DNA from: Lingula anatina
Lineage: Eukaryota; Animalia; Brachiopoda
Assembly (NCBI GenBank): GCA_051362555.1
Contig: CM120648.1
Location: forward strand, 13,884,587-13,948,586
Direction of reading: 5' to 3'
Length of the DNA stretch: 64,000 bases
Part shown: positions 1-13,736 of the stretch, piece after piece
Layout: the number at the start of each line of letters is the position of its first letter
Numbering within the stretch: position 1 is the first letter of the stretch
Translations under genes and position numbers: made by a program
The notes under the pieces: generated by a model
Databases searched by the model: none
Told to the model about the DNA's origin: nothing
The model's input: the letters and a program-made list of their open reading frames with translations, nothing else

Positions 1-812
1 TCAAGGACTTTGATTTAAAGTAGCGTATACAAGTAAGTGCGTTACGTACGGCGTCAATGGGCAGAAATTCGTATTTCACCTGTTGCGTTGTCCGCGTTAT
101 TTTTCAGTGCTCATTTCATCTAATGCGGCGATGGTGGGTGGTTGGGTGGAAGGGGGCGGTTGCATAATGTGAAAAGAGTTCTGACCACAAATTGATCTTC
201 ACACATAGATTTTGAGCCTTTCTTAGAGATCACAAGAAAATCTTACCTACACCTTGTCAAATAAAAGCATATTTCCAATTGAATTCTCTTCAATATTGAA
301 AAATAGAAATGTATTGACATAGTCTATAATTAGATACAGATCAATTGCTACAGCACACTACTGTACCTGATGGCAGTGCGTCAGAAGAGCGCCAGGGAGG
401 GATGCGCTGTGAACGGAATGGAGATGGAGGCTATCTATAAGGAAATGTACATTTACTAAAATGTCAAGTGCGGTGCAGGAAAGAGGATAGTAATCTTTGA
501 GTTTTATTTTCAGTGGATGCAATGAAAGTTATTGAATTTCCCTTTTCAAAATAATCAGAATAAACAAATGCATCCAACTTGACATGTTGCCACATCAAAC
601 TTTAGTTTATTTACAACCTAAACACAGTCCTATTTTCCGCACTTGAACAGTAAGAGAAGACTTCAAGACGCGTTTTGACGCAATCCAAAAATTTAATTGT
701 CTAATGAAAAATGTAATTTTGACACGAGTCAAGACGGTATTAAGTTTAATTTATTTGTGTGTCACGAACATTATTCAGAAGGACGTTATATCGGATGATT
801 ATCAATTTATAC

Positions 813-1041
813 AACTAGAAAAGCACTCCGAGAGCGCAGACCTCCGCCAAGGCAGCAATTTTTTATTATCATTGATTATTGATCCGGATCACCACCAAAA
901 ACTAATCATCTGTTCCTTGGCCCACTTCTGACAGTTCCTGAAAATTTCATCAAAATCGGTCCATAACTTTTTGATTATGTTGATGACAGACAGACAAACA
1001 AACAAACAGGGGTGAAAACATAACCTCCTTGACGGAGTTAA
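813..1041 (+). mobile_element. Non-autonomous Helentron-type (HINE/DINE-1-like) element
   Basis: Starts AACTAGAAAAGCACTCC. Subterminal CTCCGCCAAGG (~842) is inverted against CCTTGACGGAG (~1027). Internal GACA/CAAA microsatellite and terminal hairpin AACCTCCTTGACGGAGTT. Confidence 0.65.
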
Positions 1042-2319
1042 TTACAAGTTGTCTTTAAAATCTCACTGTGAACCTCTACAAAGAGAAACAAGATTTTTAA
1101 CTCTGAAATCTTTTTACTTCTGCATATTTTGACTATTATAGCTGTTATTTTTCTGCCGGGTTTCGCCTTAATTTTTGCGCCAAAAAAAGAAAAATGGAAT
1201 AAGAGAGAGAGAGGGAAAAATCCCAATAAAATCCACCCTTGTCTAACACAAATAAATAGAAATGCTGTCAAAATTTTAATGGTATCTTAGGCATGGGATT
1301 TACACCCAAAAGTCGTACGTGTCGTCTGCAGCTCATCTCTGAGGCACGTTTACTATCTGTTCTTCACTCGTGGAATGATTGTGTTAGTGCAGAAAATTTC
1401 CTTCACACCAGCTGACAACTGAAAACTTTGATAAGATTTTTTAGTCACCATTAAAGATCATCAACGGCATCAAGATCATCACCAACACAGATCTCTGATA
1501 TGAACATCACTTCCGGCCCAGTCTTATATTACTTTAGGGGACTTAATTTGCATAAAAGAGAAAAAATGCATTTTTTTCCTGATTTTGGCTTGTTTCCAAT
1601 TTTTTCATTATTTTCAAAAAGTAATGTCCCATTTTCTCACAAATTGGGGCACCTTTGATCCACCAGCACTGTTTGTAAATAGAAATAACTTATTATATCA
1701 CAGACGTGTATCACGCTTTCACTCAACAACCATATTTATTGTTCGAAATAGCTCGGTTATGACAGACATCAGTTTATGTTAGCTGCTACTGAATTGGAAG
1801 ATAGGAGTCGTGAGCTGACCGTGCCTGAATGCTTGTTTTTGTTTTTAAACAGATATATCTAAAGTAGCCGAATAAACTGATAATTACCATGGCATAAGGT
1901 GGGTTCTGCAAAAAACGCCGGTGGAGTTGGAGTTGGATGGAAGGGTAGAATTGTTAATTGTACTAAGTAGAATGACAGATATTGTATTTCTTCTTGGAAT
2001 TGACAATAAAAATAAAGCAAAAGGACACCACCTATCTCCCTTAAGAACCCCTACATGGCATATCCTATCCGTGAACTTTTGACTTACTTTCACCAGGGAA
2101 TTATAAGTCACAATTAGAATTCTTCTGCCCCCCCCTTTCTATTGCTACCATACAAGCAAGCCACCTCCAACACTCAGGGTGTATAGAAGTGTGAAAGCTG
2201 TGTGAAAGCAGAGAATTATATCGGATATAATTGTTACTGTTCTTGTTCAAGAAGTCTTGATATTTCTATTTTAAATATACTGTAGCATAATTTTTGGGCT
2301 CATGCACAGTAGCCTAGTA

Positions 2320-3707
2320 CACACACTGGACAAAAGAAGTGTCACCCCTACTGAGCCAATACTATGGGGGAGATAAATGACTGTGGAATGATATGCTCCT
2401 GGTATCATTTTATTAACATCAAATTTCACAAAAAATCACAAAATGAGAACAAAATATACATTCTACCAAAATATGCAGTTTCAAGTCCAAAATTAGTACT
2501 TAGTGGCATAGCCACGTGACCTAATAATAGGTGCCAGTCTACGAAGCAAGGTTTCATATAATTGTCTGATGCGTTCAGGGCTTATGCTGGTCCAAGCATG
2601 AAACACTGAATAAAACAGAGTTTCTCTCCTGGTTAGACGGGCATTTGTCCAAAGTTTTGACATATCATTCCACACATTTTCTATTATGTTTGTATCCGGA
2701 CTCTGGGCAGGCCACATCACCCTGCGAATGTCCTGTTGGTCAAACCAATCCTCAACTGCTCTGGGCCTGTGACAAGGAGCATTGTCATCCTGGTGAACAA
2801 ATGGATAATTCCTGTCACCAAACATGTTAGTAATAGATGGTAGCAAGCCTGACTCCAAAACATCGATATATTTCTAGTGATTCATGTTTCCATTAACCAC
2901 TATCAATTCGCCCAAGCCATGGATGCTGATGCAGTCCCACACCATGATGAATATGCTGCTCCGGGTTCGAAAATTCAGTGCATGTGGTTCAAATGCTTTA
3001 CCAGCAGTTTGCCAGCATAGTACCCGTCTGTCATCAGAGGTCAGACCAAAGCGACACTCATCAGAAAAATATATATAGGACCAATTGTCATGAACTGTCC
3101 AGTTCCAGATCCTGTTGACGCTAGTTTACTCTACGTTGCCTGTTTTGTAACGATATAAGAGGTTTCAGTCTTGCTACCCTGCTGTACACTCTCAGAGCAT
3201 GTAACCGACGCCTAGCAATTTTCACAGACACATTCTTATGTGTGAAATTGTTCCACTGTGTTGTCAACTGACAAGCAGTGTCGAACTTTGACAACCTGGA
3301 CATCAAAATCAGTCGTCGGTCTTCACGGCCAGTATTTTTTTCTTGGACGACCCATCAGAGGCAATTTGTCTCTTGATCCAGTGTTTCTATACCGAGACCA
3401 GACCCTCTGCACGGTTCTGACTGAACAATTCAATTGTATCGATATTCTGACATTGCTTATATTCCGCCTCTTCAGGTTAATAACTTGCACCTATAACCGT
3501 TAGATAATTGCCTGTATCTTGCCATATTGGAGGAAGACAGGAATAACATTTGCTGTACATGTACAAGACCAACAATACAATTCCATGATATAGCGGTTTT
3601 ATACTCATTAGTCACATTATAAGTAGACCAGGCATTATAAGTACCCAAGATCTGCCTACTTTTATTACTCTGAGGTAGGGGGTGACACTTCTTTTGTCCA
3701 GTGTGTG
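2320..3707 (-). mobile_element. Full-length Tc1-family DNA transposon, inactivated
   Basis: 29-bp perfect TIR CACACACTGGACAAAAGAAGTGTCACCCC at both ends, TA dinucleotides at 2318-2319 and 3708-3709, and an internal transposase remnant. Confidence 0.95.
2493..3525 (-). pseudogene. Tc1 DD34E transposase with stops and frameshifts
   Basis: Motifs FSDECRF (~3050-3070), QDDNAPCH and WPAQSPDTNIIENVW. There are 34 residues between the second D and the E. The coding sequence is split into ORFs 3121-3306 and 2493-2858. Confidence 0.92.
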
Positions 3708-4006
3708 TACACACAGCTAGATTATTCGACCGTAGTCTATGGTTTTATACATGTTATATTTTATACAATAAAACAATTTATTTTAAAAGATAGACCTGAC
3801 AACGGGGAGGAGCAGTTTTGTTTCCAAGCCCACAGTTGTTGATTATGCTGGTCTGCACATTCAGGCCCATAATTTTGATCTGTTTCGTTTTTTTTTCATT
3901 TTGTGATGATTTAGCTAGGACAAACAGTGAACTGGCGTAGGCCTACAACTTCAAGCATTGGATTTGGCTATAGTCTACTACCCCCCCTCCCTCCTTCGTT
4001 CTGGTC

Positions 4007-4042
4007 TGTGTGTGTGTGTGCGTGTGTGTGTGTGTGCGTGTG
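4007..4042. repeat. (TG)n microsatellite
   Basis: TG run with a few CG interruptions. Confidence 0.9.
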
Positions 4043-5669
4043 TAAGTTTAGTGTATGTGTAGGAGAGGTTGTATATCGTTTTCACGTAGCCCTGCCCTGC
4101 CTTGTCAGGGTACCGATATCATTTAAAGAATTAATTGTGACGCGCTTTAAGTCGTATTGTCTTTAAAATCTTGAGTGTGTAGCCGGAATTCAACTTGCTT
4201 GAAGCTGCTTTTATCGTTCATACTCCATTTTATATTAAAAATTATTCTTGAATCTGCTTTCGTTCTTTTTCATTACTTTTTCTTGTAATAATTCTGAAAA
4301 GTAAAATTTGTGATTTTCAGGTAACAACTGCCTTGTTAGCACTCATATTCACGGTTTTGGTATGCACTGTTTGAACTTCGCGCTTCGGACTGCGTCTGAA
4401 GTATGATGGTGATGAAGATGAACGTGCCGATATTTAACGTAAATTCGAAATGATAATAGACAAAAGAATCTTCAAATTAAATTAAAGTTCAGTTTATTTT
4501 TCATAAAAGTTGTCTGATATTTTATTGATTCATATGCTGAAATAAGTTTGCAATATATTTAATGTGCAACAGTTCGCGATTCACTGCCAGAGACTTTCTA
4601 CAAACGTAGATAATTGGTAGCTATGCACAGCAATAGAATTCATAAATGATAAATAAAATAAGAAAACGATAGAGAAAAAAAGGCTGTCTTAGGCCTACGT
4701 CCTGTGAAAAAACGTAAAACTCGCATTAAGCACCACCACAGCACAAATAATCACCATGTTAAAAGGATGCATACACGACATAAGGCAAAGACTATTGTCA
4801 TGCCGAAGTTCATAAAAACTTAAACACTTTTAAAAAGAATTTAATAGAGACAATGAATATGTCAACGAATATTATTCTTGTTTTATTGTTACATAATCTC
4901 CAAGACGTTGCCCTCTATCACGCATTTTAACTCCGCGTGCGTTGATGATAAATAATCCTAGCATTTTGTCTGTTTTTCTTAAGTAAGTCTTTCGATGCAC
5001 ACGAAAATCTGGACAACACCTGTGCTAATCATATTTAATGGGTACATTTGGGACGAAAGAAGTCAAGAGATGTACTGTATATACGTAGCTACTCTGTGCA
5101 CATATTTTAAGCACACTGTATTAGAGAGAGACCAAAAATCCTAGGCCTACATTTTGTATCACAGCGCTAGCAGCACATATTTTAAACCGTACTGTGTTTA
5201 AAAACAGAAAAAAATCGTATCGCATCAGGCTGTTGTAAAAAGATTTTATATCATTTTTAAATGATTAAAATTATTTTGAAAAATTATGCCTACAACAAAC
5301 GAATTGTGTTAGAAAAACTTCTCTGTTGCCGCTTTTTACAGTACTTTTTTATGACTATAGGCCTATACATGTAACGTGGCTATAGCCTACTAATAGTATG
5401 TCCCCTGAATTTAGAGATTTACTAACCACATAAGAAAAAAAGGCATTTTATCGTAGGCCTATAAAATACTTGATATAATATCACGAACATTTTAGTTTTA
5501 GTGGATAAAATTGTATTTAAAATATAGATTGAAGAGAAAGGAGCAATGAATTTCATCATTCCATATACACTGTATACGTTCGTATGTTACACGTGTCACG
5601 ATGTTTTTGCTTGAACGTTGTCATCCAGAAAGTTGCAGTTGAGATCCAGAAAATTGCAGCAAAAAAAAA

Positions 5670-5671
<2 letters not shown>

Positions 5672-5708
<37 letters not shown>
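5672..5708. repeat. (GA)n microsatellite
   Basis: Pure GA run. Confidence 0.95.
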
Positions 5709-5712
<4 letters not shown>

Positions 5713-6619
5713 GAATGGTATTTTATGTAATAATTATATTTTCGATCAATATCTAAATGAAATTTCAAAATATATTTTTAACAGAGCAGAGCAAGACTAC
5801 CAAGGCGCGCTAGGTATAATATGCATATGACCGGATGTACGAAATTGTGATCAAGTATTCACTGCGGACCTTCTTTGACCTACGTGCAGCGTCGCGGGAA
5901 CACTTTACACGTTATGAAATAACGTTATGCCAAGGACCAGATATATATTTACGATTTACTAGAAACGTTTGATATGAAGCAGTAGGACATTTCAGGATTT
6001 TTGATGACAGAAAGGTGAGTAGTTTGTTGTAGTGATCTGCTACCGAAAGTCTTGGGAGTTGAAAGCGACAGTTGGGCGGGGTTTTCAGAGAGATCGAGGC
6101 AAGGAAGGAGCTAGAGACAAGAGCTAGAGGACAGAGAAAGGGGTCCGATGATCCTATTGTCATAAATGTTATACGGTAGATTGGAATTTCTGGAACCATC
6201 TGAGATAAAAATAAAAAAGCTCTATCTGTAGTTTAGCAGTTGAATCCTGTCTGTGTATTTCAACACATCAATGATTAAAACAACGTTCTCCACCCAATGC
6301 TGGGTAGTTTTTATGAAGTATGCATCCCATTCGAAAATACTTTGCTTAAGTTTGGGCTTTGATTTTCATATGTTTTCTCTAAACAGTCTAAGTCAGTTAT
6401 GTGGTGTCTTACTCCATTGTTTTTTTGTTTTTAAAATAGTTTTACAAATGTTCAAAAAGTCTTGATTAAAAGTTTATCATTATGTTTTGGTCCTAAACCT
6501 TGGCTTAATTGTTACCACTGCAGGGTGTCTAAAGTATTATTTCTTCTCTTGATCAAGTACCTTGCAGTAATTCACCATTTTGCTTAGTAAACTATCACAG
6601 GAAGTGTACAGAACAGCGA

Positions 6620-6907
6620 GGGCATTCACAACAGATGATCCTTGGTTCTACTGATCTTCAGATCATATATGGCAGTCTCTACATGAAAGCAGAGCTGACA
6701 AATCTGCTGATGGTCTCCCTGCTGCCACAGGCACCATAAAATGGATTAAATTGTTTTTATAGCTTAAATTGCCAGCCTCCTGCAGGGATAGCGTGTGTGG
6801 AGGCAGGGAGACCATCAGCGGATTATGCGGCTCTGCTTTCATATAGTGGAATATGGCGATATTTGATTCACGTAGAACTAATGATCAATTAACCGTTGTG
6901 AATGCCC
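6620..6907. mobile_element. Old foldback/MITE with long imperfect inverted arms
   Basis: Ends are GGGCATTCACAAC ... GTTGTGAATGCCC. Inner arms GCTGATGGTCTCCCTGC and GCAGGGAGACCATCAGC are complementary. Confidence 0.7.
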
Positions 6908-8119
6908 ACAATTTTTATGTTGTACACAACCCATAATGCACTTGTGTAGCAGACAATATTGCTCTAAATCTCCAACATGGCCACCATTTGTTTTGATGAA
7001 ATGCAAGCTGAAACCCTTAAATAGATGTACTTATGTACAACTGATGTACTTATTCCAGATTTTTACAAGGTGTCTGGCAATTTTGTTTGCAAATTCAGGC
7101 AGATTTGGCAGAGTTCTGTCTAATTCACTTTGATCAAATGATATTGATAAGATGCCAATTACTTGTACACAAAAGAAAGGTACATTTTTAACTTGTCTCA
7201 TTCACTTGCCACAGCACTGATATCTACCATATAAGGTGGGAATTTGGCAATATATAGTAGTTTTTTATATTTTGCTGGCTGTTGCAGAATTTCAGGTTTC
7301 TGTATTTTTTAAAAATTATATAATTTGTGTCCCTTCACTGATGCATTCACTTTTTCCAGTTCCAGTCTCCATACAGCATGATGTCTTTACCTGGCTGGAC
7401 ATGGGAGACATCTTTTGTTAACATGAAATAGACAGGAAATGGCAGCTGCAGGAACATCCTTTATCATCTAGTTGTAGAAGACACAGCAAGTTTCAGGATG
7501 AATGGTTTGTGAAGAGCTACAAACAGGACAGCCATGGTAATCAGGTAACTAGTACACAAAATGAAGGGTTGGCTTTGTTTTGCAGGTCACAATAGTACTT
7601 TTTCATCTCTAGTGGTGTTTCTGACAAAAAAGCCAATTAGTTCTTTTTTAAAATTAAATTATTTTTTATGTTCCATTTGTTTTAATTACACTGTATTGTA
7701 GTTTTAAATTCATTAAGTGCTTTTTTGGTCCACACTTTATTTTCATCAGTTTGTTCAGGTTAAACCAATTAATCTTGCATGCACAAAAGATAAAATGAAT
7801 AGTTATATTTCTTTTTCATGTGCATTTTACTCATTATATATAGTGGCTGAAGGACAAATTCCTTGGTTGGCTGCGGTCTTTGAAAGAAGACAGCTGGCCT
7901 GTCCTAAGAACAGAGAAACAGCCTTTATTTGTTTGAGCTGGAAGACATTGGTGGGCTGGAGAATTACAGGTGATGAACATTTAAGTAATAACTTTTTCAA
8001 GTATAAATTGATATTGCCTTTCCAAGTGGTCACCATTACATACTAGCAGCATCAAGATATTTTAACTATGGTGGTACAAAAATGATCTTGTGCATTTAAC
8101 AAAAGCATGCTATATTTAA

Positions 8120-8350
8120 AGGGATAATAACTGTTCATATGTGATTAATATTTAAGTATATTGTAAACAAATCACAGAAATATTAATTCTATTTTACCAG
8201 CAAAATAATGGTTATAGCAATTATTCTGGAATCTATGTTTGTCATCAGACTGCATGGAACTTCTTAGATGGCTTTACCTTTTTTATAATTGCTTTTTGGA
8301 AAAATTGTCATTTATCAAAGGAAAATCCATATTTTTGCTAAAACAAACTA
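8120..8350 (+). mobile_element. Degenerate copy of the Kolobok-type MITE at 25337-25700
   Basis: TTAA+AGGGATAATAACT start and collinear similarity with the 25.3-kb copy. The right end is decayed. Confidence 0.55.
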
Positions 8351-9416
8351 TCATGCATTATTGAATGGTTCATAATAAGAGTTTGCACTCTAATGTATGC
8401 ATTGCAAACAGTAATGCTCATTTCTTTTTTTTTTTTTTTTAGGTAAATCATGCGAAGAGCTGCTAGCAGACCAAAAGGCTATTTTTATACTGAGTGAGAG
8501 AGAGAGAGAGCTGCCAAAACCATCCAGAACAAGACTTCCAAACACGGCAGATCCTGTGGAGCCAGCTGGGTAACGGTACAACTGCACAACAAATGTGGGT
8601 TCCAGGTAACACAAAGAATCAATTTCCCCCATATCATGGAAACTATAGGTGCAGGGTATGCAGCAAGCTAGGGAATTGGGTTGGAGAACACTGAAGACAA
8701 ATAGACACAATGGAAATGTTTAAAAGTAAATTGATATTTCAGCTCAGTTGTGATATGTTATAATAATTTCCCCACATGCATGGAAACTGTTATAGTACTA
8801 GTAGAAGAATCATATACAGCGAGATTGTGGTAGGCAATAAGCCATCACTGAAGAGAAAAAGACATCAGTGAAAATGTTTCAATGTGAATTGATATTTCAG
8901 TGCAAATATGATGTATTGTACATACCTCTGTTATTGTTAGGTCATTAAGTTGCATGATACAAATTGTGTGACATTTATTATATACAGACACTTTCAGTCT
9001 GTATATATTCTGATCACTGTCTGTCCAGTGTCATTGCTGTGAAACATCTGTTGTTTACCCTAAAACTGATAAACTGTATTTTTGTTTTAATTTAGATTGT
9101 TCATAAAGCAGGTTCCTCTAGAAAATCGGCATGATTGGATTATTTTATGATATTGTGGAATGTGCCTTTTTATTTTATTATCTTTAGCATACTGTCACAG
9201 TATATCAAACTGAAGTAGCAATGTAGATATATTTGTCTGTGAAATAGTTTGATAATGCCAAGGTCCAATGGTTCACAAATCTGAGGTTTCTTTGTTTCAA
9301 ACGTTGTATAGTCTTAAAATAAGAATATTGTATGGGGTAACAAGTGTTTCTCCTGCCTTTCAAGGTCTGCAAGGTGGTAGCTATAGGCAGATTTAGCCTC
9401 CCAGCAAAATGGTCAT

Positions 9417-10235
9417 ATTTTCATTTTCATTTTCATTTATTTATTACCTTGGTCTGTTGAGGACCATCAGTCTAGTACTGGTACAAATGTTACAACGACT
9501 ATAGTTACAACAACTATAGGGTTATTACAAAGAATAATTATAATAGTAATAATCGCAATCATAATCATCATAACAATAATAATAGTACCCGTAGTAAATT
9601 AAATACATGAGTAAATACATGAATTAAATAAATAAACTACTTAAATAAGTCAAATTAAATCAAATTGAATCAAATGAGATCAAATTGGATCAAATTAGAT
9701 CAAATTAGATTAGATCTCATGCGGAAGCCTTCCTGCTTGGCTAAGATATCGTGCCAGGTTACATAATGCTTTCTTACTGGAAGAATTCAGCAGGAGAACC
9801 AATTTGAACACTGAGGGTCTATTACAATAGAAAGGTTTGATGAACCTTTTTCTTAAATCTAAATATCTAGAGCAACCCAGTATAAAGTGGAATTCGTCCT
9901 CCACATCATTGCAATAGGAACATTTTCTTTGTGAAATAGGGATTTTACTGTATCTGCCCGTTTCAATTGCAAGTTTATGGGATGATAATCTTATTTTACT
10001 AATCATTTTCTTAAACTGGAGCGGGATTGGTTTTGTAAGATAAATTTGAATAGTAACACGGTCGATGAGGTGTCTATAGAGCCAGCACTTTCTCGAGTCG
10101 TTAATCTCTGACAATATAGCTTGTTGTTTAATATCCATTAGTTTTTGATATACTAGAGGTACAATAAATTTTTTATCATAATTACTTGGATAGTGAAAAA
10201 AATCATTAAGACCAGTTTCTGTAAAAACATCATAA
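9417..10235 (-). mobile_element. 5'-truncated non-LTR retrotransposon (LINE) 3' end
   Basis: ORF2 C-terminus LSSHKLAIETGRY..CSYC..EDEFHFILGC (CCHC motif). The 3'UTR has a 10-bp repeat and ends AATAAAT(GAAAAT)n. Confidence 0.85.
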
Positions 10236-10689
10236 ATCTTAGAGTCTCTGACTGTCTGTGGGCATGATTTTTCTACCTTTTTTATGTGGCACTTCATTGT
10301 CTTGTTTCAGGTGTTTTATGGAGTAAATTAAGTAATAACATGACAAAGCTTTGGGCATAATTTCATTTTCATATAAAATCTGCTCATAGTATTTCTGCAT
10401 ACCAGGTTACATACAATGCCTGTATGTTAGAAAAGAGTAGTACTTATGAAACAAAGTGGCACAATTGTATTACCTTCATCAATGCAACAAATTACCATAA
10501 TTGTACTTGCAGTGTATAATAACTCCTATAAATCTTATACCTTATTACCTACTGCTTTATACTAACATACTGATACTGATAGTTTATTTCATAGGGACAT
10601 TTATGTCATTGGTATGGTACAACAATAAAATATATGATAATGTCATAATAATAATAACAACAATGATGATAACAATGATAATGATAATA

Positions 10690-10735
10690 ATCATCATTCC
10701 TCTTCGTCCCGTGTGGGACATAAGGCCACACTGAT
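10690..10735 (-). mobile_element. RTE-type LINE 3' tail fragment
   Basis: Minus strand reads GTGGCCTTATGTCCCACACGGGACGAAGAGGAATGATGAT, nearly identical to 63012-63056 (+). Confidence 0.65.
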
Positions 10736-10775
10736 AATAATAATGCTAATAAATTAAATATGAGACTTAATTTAA

Positions 10776-10915
10776 GGTTGAGATTAACAGGGTGGCGACC
10801 TTCTTAAGTGGATATACCAACATGTTGCATATCAATAGAAAGCTTATTTCAACTGATTTTCATTTTCATATTCTTATTTTATTATGTAACCATTACATAA
10901 AGAGATATCACACTT
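10776..10915. mobile_element. Possible Kolobok-type transposon terminus
   Basis: TTAA at 10772-10775 followed by GG and a subterminal ATATCAATAGAAAGCT motif. No partner end was found. Confidence 0.35.
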
Positions 10916-12059
10916 TCTAAATCATCCTTCCCATCATCCAACCATCCACTGACAAACAACTTAATCTGTTTTGTAGTGGAATTAGAGGAAAACTGACACT
11001 CTGTGCTTTCTTCTTCTTACCACTGGTCTTGGGCTTTGATTTTAATCTTCTACTGGCAAGTTCTCCTGAGTGAAAGATCTTGATTTCATTTTTTTCGCAG
11101 AAGTGAATTTTTTTTTGGTACTGGTTTTGTAAATTTTCAATGTGTAGGTAGTGACACACGACGTTGAGGAGATGTATAGATGGGCAAACCTAAAAATGAC
11201 AATGTGATGGATAATTTTGGCAAAGAAGGCCATTCCTCTTCAGTATCTTTGACAGTGAAATCCTCATCAGGAATTAAGATGGAAGACATGACTTATTATG
11301 AAATAAAGTGAATGGAAATGAGAGAAGTTATAAATAACTGAACTATCTAGAAACTGTCATGAAATATAAAGTAGATGAAAAAAGTTATTGCTTTAATATC
11401 ACAATTTTATTCAATAAAATAAGCTGGAGAGGAGGTTGAATGAAATTAGCTCAGATGTGAATGAAAAATGGTACAAAAAGGAATTGACAGAGTGAAAGTT
11501 AGAAATAGATGTGACCACATGACATATATTACCAGAGTGGCATCTGAGAAGGGATTGTGGGTGAATGAAAATGATATTTTTTTAAAAGATTGATTACAGT
11601 GACACTTAAAAAAAGACTTGACTGAAATATACTGACAATGACAAAAGAGCTGTGCCTCTTTTTGGAAAATTGCATTTTCTGCATATGGGAGCTGCATATT
11701 TGTGACTGTCTAATGAAAAGTCCCGGATTTGTATGTTGCATCTGCCTTACAAAATGCATCTAGCTGCTATAGTGTGGAAGATTTTTTTACTCCTTTTGTC
11801 TTTGTGTCTGCTCACTTGGAATTAATCTTACTCTTGCATTGGAAATCAGCACACAAAAAAATCTCATTAATGTTGTATGTACCAGCACCTCTCAAAAAGT
11901 CAAAAATCCACCAATAGCCAGAAAATTCTCAACAACATTGTATTTTCAGGCAAGTGACTAAGGGTCATTTTAAGGCATCAGATATTATCACATACAACAA
12001 TAACAACATATTGTACTTTACATATTGCAGTTCAGTACAACATACGTACTTAACCAGTG

Positions 12060-12520
12060 CTTAATGGAAAGAAGACAACTGATGAAATAATTTTAATAGA
12101 TTTTGTTACTCTTGTTTTTTCATTTTTTATTTTTTTTTTCCACCCAAAAGATCAGCAACTCCTTGACGGCCATTTCTGTCAAATGCTAACTTTATCTGTT
12201 TTAGCTGTAGATCACTGCTAGCAATCTTCTCTAGCATGGATTTACTGACCAGATTTTTAATGGGACCAAGAGTTGCTAGGGTTTTTTTCTTCGCTGCCAA
12301 GGCCACCAATGATTCTTTCACAAAATTAACATCAAAACTGTGTTTTGCCATGTTTTCAGGACTAGGTTTAAAGGAATCAACTAGTTTTTTAATATCAATT
12401 AACATCCTCAAGGGGACCATGTGCATTGCTAGACAATCAGCAACTAATTCCTCTTGCCTATATGATTTTCTGCCTGGCAAGATCTGTCTCAAAAATGGGA
12501 GATTGCAAAAAAGGAACACA
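12060..12520 (-). pseudogene. C-terminal part of a PML-like/Plex9-type DEDDh exonuclease domain, degenerate and probably TE-borne
   Basis: RQILPGRKSYRQEELVADCL ... VSKSMLEKIASSDLQLKQIKLAFDRNGRQGVADLL, then a frameshifted KTRVTKSIKIISSV. This matches the recalled PML C-terminal pattern. Confidence 0.65.
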
Positions 12521-12817
12521 CAATTTTTTCAAGTGAATTAGATTGACCTTAAAATAAGTCAGCCAAGACAAGAACAACTCATTCACTTCCCAAAGGGCAA
12601 ATACCACACTGGGCAATAGTCACTTTTAGCATGTATTCAACCAAGGTTGTCGTCTAAAACTATACTTTTTAATAATATGTTATTTATATTTTTTAATGAT
12701 CTGAATATGCAGAAAAATAATTCTGTCAAACACAAAAAATAATAAAACAGTAAAGGACAATTTTTTACTCACTTTTTTTTTATTTGGCAGAATTACCCAT
12801 ATCTCATATAATTTCTA

Positions 12818-13660
12818 CTATGTATCAAACAATTTCCTATCATTAATGACAAGAAGCTGGGTTATGGTCCAACTGGCCTCCTTATTTGCTGTTTTGGAGA
12901 ATATTTTCCTATTTTGGAATATTTTAAAACATCTAGCCAGTCTAGTATGGACAGCTTGCAACACAACCAAGGTGTTGGTGACGGAACTTAGCCCATTTGC
13001 CACTGTATCAGTAAGAGCCTGCTGGCTGAGATCAGTGATGACTGCTGGAATGGTCTGAAGAAGGATGTCAGTGGCTCTCTGTTAGCCTTTCCAACATGTT
13101 TTCCCTCTGTCAAGATAAAACTATTTAAAAGCATGTCATAGTGCTGGATTGACACCATTCCCAGTGGCAACATCACCTGCCCAGGTGTGTTTTATATTGT
13201 CTGTTAGTTTTGGATTGACATCAGTGAGGTCGTATGTGATGATCTGCTTCTTAACATTACTTAACTTTTCTGCTGTATGGAGCATTTGTGTTGGCATTGA
13301 TGTGGCTGTACAAAATGATCCAAACTGTCTGATCATTTTAATTTTATTTCTTAACATCCAAATAGAATTTAACAGAACAGTCAAAAATAAGTTCAGTACA
13401 TCAGTAAGTGAGATGCTTTGCTTAACTGCAATCACCCTCTTGTGAATTAGGATGCAAGTCTGTTGGTTAATTATATACATTAAGATGTTTGATGAAATCT
13501 TGGGCATTCTTGTCTCATAGTCAACAAAGTTTTCCATTGAATTTAGGATGTAAGTCCTTTTAGAGTCCTTTTGGCTCCCCCTCATTGAATTTAAATAACT
13601 CAATACAGACAACTTCCTTTTTTGTTTTTTTTTTTTGGTAATCAATTTATTAATTCACTG
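12818..13660 (-). pseudogene. Degenerate coding fragment of unknown, probably transposon-related protein
   Basis: Overlapping minus-strand ORFs (13136-13645, 12988-13176, 12818-13003) look like one frameshifted reading frame. No family recognised. Confidence 0.35.
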
Positions 13661-13736
13661 TGATTTATCAAGGAACGAAGAGACAAACAAGGAGACAGGG
13701 TGAACAGAGAAGAAGAATTTTATGCTTGGCCCCCAT

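Noticed and set aside
5950-8850. Chain of plus-strand splice-like sites (~6014, 7377-7545, 8442)
   Set aside because: No consistent open frame or recognisable product. It could be non-coding, but I cannot support that.
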